Virus record (IMG/VR): IMGVR_UViG_3300017784_002919
Span: 1-30,383 of that record
Direction: 5' to 3' (one strand)
Length of the DNA: 30,383 nt
DNA from: a virus
Taxonomy: Duplodnaviria > Caudoviricetes
The notes beneath the pieces are model-generated. The model was not told the origin of the DNA and ran no database searches. It saw only the letters and a program-made list of their open reading frames with translations. This document shows, in pieces, positions 20,443 through 26,912 of this stretch (position 1 is its first letter; the number at the start of each line of letters is the position of its first letter). Made by a program: the position numbers and the translations under genes.

Positions 20443-21044
20443 CGGTAGAAGTAGTGGTTGCTAAATACAATGAAGATGTATCTTGGACAAAAAAACTTAA
20501 GTATAAAGTAACTATTTACAATAAAAACGAAGCGGATAATCATTTATTTGAAAGAAATCTGTTAAATTACGGTAAAGATGCACATACTCACTTACACCAT
20601 ATTGTAACAAATTGGTACAATTTAGATGATTACACAATATTCTTACAAGGAAATCCATTTGAACATGATTGTGAAACTTGTGTAGAATTTATCAATGATT
20701 GTGATTTTACCAAACCATTTTATCCAATTGGACCAACTTACATTAGAGATAATGATGGCTGTATTAAGCAAGCTATAGATTATTGTGAAAAAATGGAAAT
20801 TGAATACAAATTGCCATTTATGTTTATAGGTGGTATGCAATGTATTGTAAAGAAAGAACAAATTAAGAAAAGATCATTAGATTTTTATGTAAAACTAATG
20901 GAAAGTATAGCAAAAAACATTTCGACTTCTTCGTTTTCTGGAGGAGCACATGGAAACGATCCACAAATATGGGCACTAGAATATAGTTGGCCTACAATAT
21001 TTGGTGTAAATGAAATGTTAACACATAAATTACATAATTGTTAA
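20439..21044 (+). CDS. DUF3431 family protein (putative glycosyltransferase-like)
   Basis: VVVAKYNEDVSW...NYGKDAHTHLHHIVTNWYNLDDYTIFLQGNPFEH...LEYSW..IFG. The ATG at 20439 overlaps the GT60 stop (ATGA). Confidence 0.85.
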   Translation: MTVEVVVAKYNEDVSWTKKLKYKVTIYNKNEADNHLFERNLLNYGKDAHTHLHHIVTNWYNLDDYTIFLQGNPFEHDCETCVEFINDCDFTKPFYPIGPTYIRDNDGCIKQAIDYCEKMEIEYKLPFMFIGGMQCIVKKEQIKKRSLDFYVKLMESIAKNISTSSFSGGAHGNDPQIWALEYSWPTIFGVNEMLTHKLHNC

Positions 21045-21046
21045 AA

Positions 21047-21865
21047 ATGAAAAAAGTTTTAGTGGGGTTATCAAACAATATTTCCCAAAACATAACAAAA
21101 ATAAAAGTATGGTCCCATAGTTTTAAAGCGCATACTAATGGGGATGTTGTTTTACTTTGTGCCAACACCAGTGACGATGAGATACAAATGTGTCACGAAT
21201 TGGGTATTATACCTATCCCTGTGATTGTTGAAGATACTTGGTATATTAATAATAAAAGACTTAAACATACATTAGATTTTATTAATGAATCCGATTACGA
21301 TTTATTTATGGTTACAGATGTGTTTGACGTTGCATTTCAAGGAGACCCATTTATTAAAATGAATGATGAATATGATGTATTTGTTGGTTCTGAGGGGTTA
21401 AGAATTAATGAAGAACCATGGAATGGTGATGTTATTTCTAAAGTTTTCCCTGAAGATTTGAATATTTGTATAACTCACGACATCATATGTTCAGGAGTTA
21501 TTGGTGGTAGAAAAGACGCATTAATTAAGGTATATAGTAAATTAAATGGTATGTGTGAGAATAGTAATAACTCCCACAACATAAAAGACCAAGCTGCATT
21601 AATAATAATGATTGCAAAAAATGAGATTGATAGATTGAAAATATTCTCTTTTGATGATAGTTGGACATTACATTGTGCCGTTGGAGGACCTACACAATTT
21701 TTTGAATCGTGGGGATTTAAAAACACTTTAATTAATAGATATGGAGGTATACCATATCTTAAAGATAATAAACTTTACAACCATAAAGGGGATAAGTATG
21801 ATATTGTACACCAATTTAATAGAATCCCTGAATGGAATGAAATTATAACAAAAGAATATGAATAG
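21047..21865 (+). CDS. Putative GT-A nucleotide-diphospho-sugar transferase
   Basis: TDVFDVAFQGDPF, ICSGVIGG, DQAAL and IVHQFNR follow the D..D+.FQ..PF / (N/C)SG...G / DQ / H pattern of GT-A enzymes. Confidence 0.7.
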   Translation: MKKVLVGLSNNISQNITKIKVWSHSFKAHTNGDVVLLCANTSDDEIQMCHELGIIPIPVIVEDTWYINNKRLKHTLDFINESDYDLFMVTDVFDVAFQGDPFIKMNDEYDVFVGSEGLRINEEPWNGDVISKVFPEDLNICITHDIICSGVIGGRKDALIKVYSKLNGMCENSNNSHNIKDQAALIIMIAKNEIDRLKIFSFDDSWTLHCAVGGPTQFFESWGFKNTLINRYGGIPYLKDNKLYNHKGDKYDIVHQFNRIPEWNEIITKEYE

Positions 21866-22604
21866 TGTTTATTGTGTTTGTACAACACCTGATGTATACC
21901 CTGCGTATGCAAACCATTGGATAAATTTTCCAAAAGAAATGACTTGGGTTTCGGACATTAGTAAAGATTCAACATTTAATCTTGGTTTCACATATACCGA
22001 AAAAGAATTAAGAGATAGATTAAAATTTTATGGTGACGTTAGTAAAAAACACTATTGGAACTCTTATGGTAATAGAAATATTATATGGTTTTATGCTCAT
22101 CTTAGGATGTTAAATTTTTATATTGACCACCCTAATCACGATTATTATTGGTTTTTTGATGATGACGTAAAAATGAAAGATTGGAATTTATTTTTTGAAG
22201 GTACCGATAAGGACGACTCAGATTTTTTAGGGTACTTTATTTTTAAAGATGAAAATGTTAGTTCACAAGAAAATATACCAAAATTAGACAACAGAACAAC
22301 ATCACAACATATGTGGTTTGAAAGATTTCCTGGTGATGGCGATTTATTACCTGAAGATGTAAATGAAAAATTTGGTTCATTTTTTCCGACTAATAGATTC
22401 TCAAATCGAGCAATGAAAAAACTATTAGAAATACACGAACAAGGTTTACACGGGTATTCGGAAGGTTTTGTACCAACAATGTTAAATAAGTACGGATTTA
22501 AACTTAATACGCTAATTAAATCTGATAATACATCTGATTTATTTGACGTTAATCAAGTGGATATACAACATAAACATATGAAAATAAATTGGGAATGGAT
22601 ATAA
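21858..22604 (+). CDS. Putative GT-A glycosyltransferase
   Basis: HDYYWFFDDDV (DxD after a hydrophobic strand), then RFS..A+..L and EGFVPT. It lies within the GT cassette. Confidence 0.6.
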   Translation: MNSVYCVCTTPDVYPAYANHWINFPKEMTWVSDISKDSTFNLGFTYTEKELRDRLKFYGDVSKKHYWNSYGNRNIIWFYAHLRMLNFYIDHPNHDYYWFFDDDVKMKDWNLFFEGTDKDDSDFLGYFIFKDENVSSQENIPKLDNRTTSQHMWFERFPGDGDLLPEDVNEKFGSFFPTNRFSNRAMKKLLEIHEQGLHGYSEGFVPTMLNKYGFKLNTLIKSDNTSDLFDVNQVDIQHKHMKINWEWI

Positions 22605-23386
22605 AAAAAACGGCAATCGTAACCGCACTATTTGATATAGGTAGAGATAAATGGGACAATTACACCATGTCTTATCACACATATTTATGGTGGATGAGAA
22701 ACATTCTTTATTTAGATACAAATATGATAATTTACACTGAAGAAAAATTTAAAGACGAAATTTTAGGTTACAGAAAAGAAGTTGACCCTGATTTAGAAAA
22801 AACAATTATGATAATACAACCTTTAGAGGAAATAGAGGGTTATAAAACGTTTTTTGAACCATTAGATAATTTAATGACAAGTGACGAATTTAAAAAGAAA
22901 ATAGATTTTGACGTACCTGAAATGATTAAACCATTATATAATGTTGTAATGTTTAGTAAGTTATTTTATATTTTGGATTCATTTAAAAAGGGGTTATTTG
23001 ATGCTGATTTATATGTTTGGGCAGATGCAGGAGTGATTAGAGATGACCACCCTAAAAAAAATGTGAAATGGCCAAATTTAAATAAGATTAATTCGTTAGA
23101 TAATGATAAGGTTACGTTTTTTTCTCATCATGATTATGTGATGTTTGAGGATGCGGAATTCCATGCATTATCACAGACACGATTTATACAAGGTGGGGCA
23201 TTATTTGTTCCAAAACATAGAGTTATTGATGTGTGTGAAACATTTAAAAATGTAACCCTTGATGCGATTTCAAATGGGTATGTTGGAAGTGATGAAAAGA
23301 TGTTTGATTTTACATATGTTAAACAACCTGAGTTATATAATCTAATAAAGTGTGATTGGAGAGAATATATTGAGTTATTCTTATGA
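22595..23386 (+). CDS. HtrL/YibB (WlaTC-like) family glycosyltransferase
   Basis: TAIVTALFDIGR..W, P+YN++MFSK, YVWADAG, FIQGGALF and GSDE+ motifs. Confidence 0.8.
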   Translation: MDIKKTAIVTALFDIGRDKWDNYTMSYHTYLWWMRNILYLDTNMIIYTEEKFKDEILGYRKEVDPDLEKTIMIIQPLEEIEGYKTFFEPLDNLMTSDEFKKKIDFDVPEMIKPLYNVVMFSKLFYILDSFKKGLFDADLYVWADAGVIRDDHPKKNVKWPNLNKINSLDNDKVTFFSHHDYVMFEDAEFHALSQTRFIQGGALFVPKHRVIDVCETFKNVTLDAISNGYVGSDEKMFDFTYVKQPELYNLIKCDWREYIELFL

Positions 23387-23415
23387 TAAATCATTTAATA
23401 AAATAAACTTTCGAT

Positions 23416-23422
23416 TATTTAT
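23416..23422 (+). promoter_or_regulatory. TATTTAT putative late-promoter motif
   Basis: Intergenic, 20 nt before ATG 23443, where the structural genes resume after the GT cassette. Confidence 0.5.
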
Positions 23423-23442
23423 ATAATAAAGTTAAATTCTAA

Positions 23443-25029
23443 ATGGCAGATGTAGTTTTAAGTAGTTGTTGTTATAACTATGTGTATAGCGCAACGGGGT
23501 GGTCAGGTGATACAACCGTAGGGGTGGGATTTGAGATTTCTAATGACCCTAATATTATGGATGGTTGTTATACTATTGTTAGTGGTGTGACAGGTACTAC
23601 GGTGACTTTTTACGGTATTGCGACTTCAAATGCCGGATGCGGAGCAGACTGTTTACCTTTTTGTTGTTCAAATACTTTATGTTTAAATATTCAAAATAAT
23701 ACGTATTCAGGTTATAGTGGTAACTATGGATTTTTAGGTTCATATAATGGGTACCCTTATTGGACTGGCGGTTCTCCATCTTTTGGTTACGTTTATTTTA
23801 ATAATATTAATTGGTGTTTAAGTAACGCATTAGGAGGAACTTGTTATTTCTTTGGGTCTAACCCAACATCCTCAACATGTCCGGATTTAAGTGAATCTAT
23901 ACTATATGAGGGACCTTGTGAAACGCCGACGCCAACATCGGATCCGTGTAGTAGTTTGGATTTTAATGTTATTTTGGATTGTAATTTTTATACCCCGACT
24001 CCGACACCTACATCTACCTCAACACCAACACCTACACCAACGCCAACACCCACACCAACTCCTTGTGTATTTACTGCGACAATAACCTTTAGTGCTTACA
24101 CCACACCGACTCCTACACCAACACCAACTCCTACACCAACACCAGCTTATGAATATTCGATTACTGGAGAAACTGTGACGTTTGTGATTGAAAGTGGTAA
24201 TTTTAATTGTCCAACAATTAAAATATTGAGGGATTGTGGTAATGGTGATTTATATTATGTTGGAGAACCAATAATTAGTGGAACAACCCCTTTAAATACT
24301 GGAACAACATTCCAAGCGGTGATAAATAATACACCAAGATGTGTGACATATATAAGTCAAATTACTGGAAGTGCTAGTGAGTATTTAAATTCAGTTGTGC
24401 AGGTTTATTCAGGATGTAATGTATGTATTACACCAACACCAACACCAACACCAAGTCCGACACCAACACCAATTCCGAAACCAAGTCCAACACCTACCCC
24501 GACTGTATTCTATTCCCCTAACACTCAATTTGTATTCACATCTTGTGATTCTAATTTAATGATAATACAAGATGAGTATCCGCCACGTAATATTGTTGTT
24601 GGTGATGTAATAAAAGACCAAATAATCGGATGTTATACGTATATAGGTAATTTTGTAAATTATTACCCGCCTTCCGACTATAGATCGTCCAACCAACCAA
24701 TCTTTACCGCAACTACCGCGACGACTTATAGTAGTTGTTTAAGTTGTTTAATACCAACACCAACTCCAACACCATCATATAATGTATGGAATGGACAAGG
24801 GAGTTTTAGTGTTTCTTGTCCTATTTGTCAATTAACTGATGGTGGAGCTGACTTAACGTTCTACACGTCTGTTAGTGATGTGAGTTTGATTGATGGCGTC
24901 TTTATTTATCAAGACACCGCACTTTCTAATCCAATTGTTGAGGATTATATTAAATATGGTGGATATGTATACACTGTCGACACTAATGGTGAAATAAAAC
25001 AATTATGTAGAGTAAACGGTAACTGTTAA
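23443..25029 (+). CDS. Cys-rich modular protein with five Thr-Pro tracts (mucin-like virion appendage or decoration protein)
   Basis: PT tracts at about 23923-23940, 23992-24063, 24100-24144, 24430-24504 and 24754-24777 separate Cys-bounded modules. Confidence 0.75.
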   Translation: MADVVLSSCCYNYVYSATGWSGDTTVGVGFEISNDPNIMDGCYTIVSGVTGTTVTFYGIATSNAGCGADCLPFCCSNTLCLNIQNNTYSGYSGNYGFLGSYNGYPYWTGGSPSFGYVYFNNINWCLSNALGGTCYFFGSNPTSSTCPDLSESILYEGPCETPTPTSDPCSSLDFNVILDCNFYTPTPTPTSTSTPTPTPTPTPTPTPCVFTATITFSAYTTPTPTPTPTPTPTPAYEYSITGETVTFVIESGNFNCPTIKILRDCGNGDLYYVGEPIISGTTPLNTGTTFQAVINNTPRCVTYISQITGSASEYLNSVVQVYSGCNVCITPTPTPTPSPTPTPIPKPSPTPTPTVFYSPNTQFVFTSCDSNLMIIQDEYPPRNIVVGDVIKDQIIGCYTYIGNFVNYYPPSDYRSSNQPIFTATTATTYSSCLSCLIPTPTPTPSYNVWNGQGSFSVSCPICQLTDGGADLTFYTSVSDVSLIDGVFIYQDTALSNPIVEDYIKYGGYVYTVDTNGEIKQLCRVNGNC

Positions 25030-25033
25030 AAAT

Positions 25034-25252
25034 ATGAGTACACAAGTAAGAATACAATCAATAACCGGAGCGACTATACCACTTAATCTATGGATATGTG
25101 ATAGTTGTGAAGACACGGCATCTTGTCAATATATTGAAACAATTAGCACATTACCTCATACTTTTATATTACCTTCTATATATGAGGTGGCGACACAATA
25201 CGCAATAAAATTATATGGCTCAAGTGGTTGCACTTTTTGTCAAGTATATTAA
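25034..25252 (+). CDS. Small Cys-containing protein, paralog of the 18588 and 18908 ORFs
   Basis: ITGATIPLNLWIC...SC...AIKLYGSSGCTF. Confidence 0.7.
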   Translation: MSTQVRIQSITGATIPLNLWICDSCEDTASCQYIETISTLPHTFILPSIYEVATQYAIKLYGSSGCTFCQVY

Positions 25253-25264
25253 AAATTAATAAAA

Positions 25265-26887
25265 ATGCCTGCATACAGTGGTAATACATGTGAAATTATA
25301 ACCTTATTCCCAATGGGGGTTGAGTGTTCGGTAATTGATGCTTATACCCCATTTACAAATGATGGTGGAATAAGTTTAATAATAACTGGAGGAACTCCAC
25401 CATACTCAATTAATTGGAGTAACGGGTCAAATAGTCAGAATATAACCAATCTACAGGTTGGTGATTATACCGCAACGGTAGTTGACTATTATGGTGATTT
25501 TACTGCTGTGACTACTTGTACGGTTGGTAGTGTTACTTTTTATCTTGAAGAATTTGAAAGTTGTACTTCTCTCGGATCATATATTTATTATTTGGCAAAT
25601 ATGAATAATCAGTTTTCTGCCAATACCATATACTCTTTAAACTTACAAAATGGATGTTGGATAACTAATGGTGTTTTACTATATACTGCTCAAACATATT
25701 ATAACTATAGTGCGGTTACGTCTACAGGTCCTTTTGAAACTTGTGTTGAATGTATACCAACGGTACCTCAATTATTAAATGTTTCAGGTATGTGTTTAAC
25801 TGCAAATTATTCAAATACTCAAACACAATATCAGTTTTATTCTGGAGGTACGATAAACGGATATCCTTCTTGGAGTGCATCAACACCAAATCAAACAATA
25901 TATTATAACACTGGAACTACAATGTGGTTAGTTTCAGGGTGGACATTGAATGGTACTACAAGCCTACAAAGCCCATATAGTCCACCGATTGGACTATGGT
26001 CGGTAGCGGGAGCCAATGGGTCGGTTTCTTTAAGTCAAGGGGACTGCGGAGATTCAATATCTACTATAATAACTAGTAATTTACCTAGTTGTATTTTGGC
26101 TCAAAATGGGACTATACAAGTTACTAATGTGATTGGTGGTACGCCACCATATCAATATGCTTTAAATAACAATCAAGCCTCTTATCAAATTTCTAATACC
26201 TTTACAAATCTGTATTCAGGTTTATACACTGTTTATGTACAAGATATAATTGGTAATGTTTCTGCTAATGTTGTGAATTTACAATCACTTACACCCATAA
26301 CTCAGTATAATATTAGTTTAAATTTAGTTCCGGCTAATGGTACCGTACTAACCATGACCCCTACAACATTAAGTAAATCTTTTGTTTGGGAAGTATCCGT
26401 ATCTCCATCGTTACCTGTTGGAAAAACTTTGACGTTTGATATAACACACGTAACCAACACAATTAAAGGTAATGGTAGTGTTCAGTCGAATGTGACTAGC
26501 ACATCTACCACGGGGGTAACTGGAGGTGGAGTTTACATTAGTGGTACTACTTCATCAACAACCTCAGCGTCTACAACAACCGCTTGTAGTGCAACATTTA
26601 ATTACGCTAATTATGTGACAAGTGCCATAACTAGAACATATAATTCTAAAATTGTTGGAGTTGGTACGGTTAACGGGACTGTGATTGCGACTATAGTGGT
26701 ACCTAATGGGTCTACGACTTGTGCACCAACAGGAACAGTAAATAATAATATTTCAATCACTAATCTCACATTAAGTAATCAGACGATTTGTGAGTTAATA
26801 AATACAAACGTTACTCCGTTATCGTTTGGTATAACTAAAACCGGTACTTTAACTCCAGTAGGACCAAATACCGTAGTAGGTCAATAA
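25265..26887 (+). CDS. SprB-repeat, Thr/Ser/Gly-rich structural protein
   Basis: DGGISLIITGGTPPYSINWSNG...NLQVGDYTATVVD and PSC...NGTIQV..IGGTPPYQYAL...NTFTNLYSGLYTVYVQD, plus a very Thr-rich C-terminal half. Confidence 0.78.
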   Translation: MPAYSGNTCEIITLFPMGVECSVIDAYTPFTNDGGISLIITGGTPPYSINWSNGSNSQNITNLQVGDYTATVVDYYGDFTAVTTCTVGSVTFYLEEFESCTSLGSYIYYLANMNNQFSANTIYSLNLQNGCWITNGVLLYTAQTYYNYSAVTSTGPFETCVECIPTVPQLLNVSGMCLTANYSNTQTQYQFYSGGTINGYPSWSASTPNQTIYYNTGTTMWLVSGWTLNGTTSLQSPYSPPIGLWSVAGANGSVSLSQGDCGDSISTIITSNLPSCILAQNGTIQVTNVIGGTPPYQYALNNNQASYQISNTFTNLYSGLYTVYVQDIIGNVSANVVNLQSLTPITQYNISLNLVPANGTVLTMTPTTLSKSFVWEVSVSPSLPVGKTLTFDITHVTNTIKGNGSVQSNVTSTSTTGVTGGGVYISGTTSSTTSASTTTACSATFNYANYVTSAITRTYNSKIVGVGTVNGTVIATIVVPNGSTTCAPTGTVNNNISITNLTLSNQTICELINTNVTPLSFGITKTGTLTPVGPNTVVGQ

Positions 26888-26900
26888 ACTAATAAAATGA

Positions 26901-26907
26901 TATTTAT
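26901..26907 (+). promoter_or_regulatory. TATTTAT putative late-promoter motif
   Basis: Intergenic, 5 nt before ATG 26913. Confidence 0.5.
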
Positions 26908-26912
26908 ATATT

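Noticed and set aside
20412-22594. ORF-track starts at 20412 (GTG), 21038 (TTG) and 22589 (TTG)
   Set aside because: The nearby in-frame ATGs at 20439, 21047 and 22595 give typical coupling to the upstream stops and were preferred.
19195-23386. GT cassette as a serotype-conversion (gtrABC) or DNA-glucosylation locus
   Set aside because: There is no membrane flippase or bactoprenol transferase, and no hydroxymethylase or T4 AGT/BGT-like gene nearby. The lead enzyme belongs to a protein-modifying family. These roles are not formally excluded for the downstream enzymes.
23891-24085. Alternate-frame His/Gln/Leu-rich ORF
   Set aside because: It is a shifted reading of the PT repeat, with no independent start context or frameshift signal.
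18203-24777. PT-encoding repeats as a CRISPR array or non-coding repeat array
   Set aside because: They are in-frame coding repeats with wobble variation and no constant repeat / unique spacer structure.
6219-25026. Repeated C-terminal domains as DGR template/variable regions
   Set aside because: The similarity is only at a distant protein level. I saw no near-identical nucleotide pair with adenine-specific mismatches, and no reverse transcriptase in the window.
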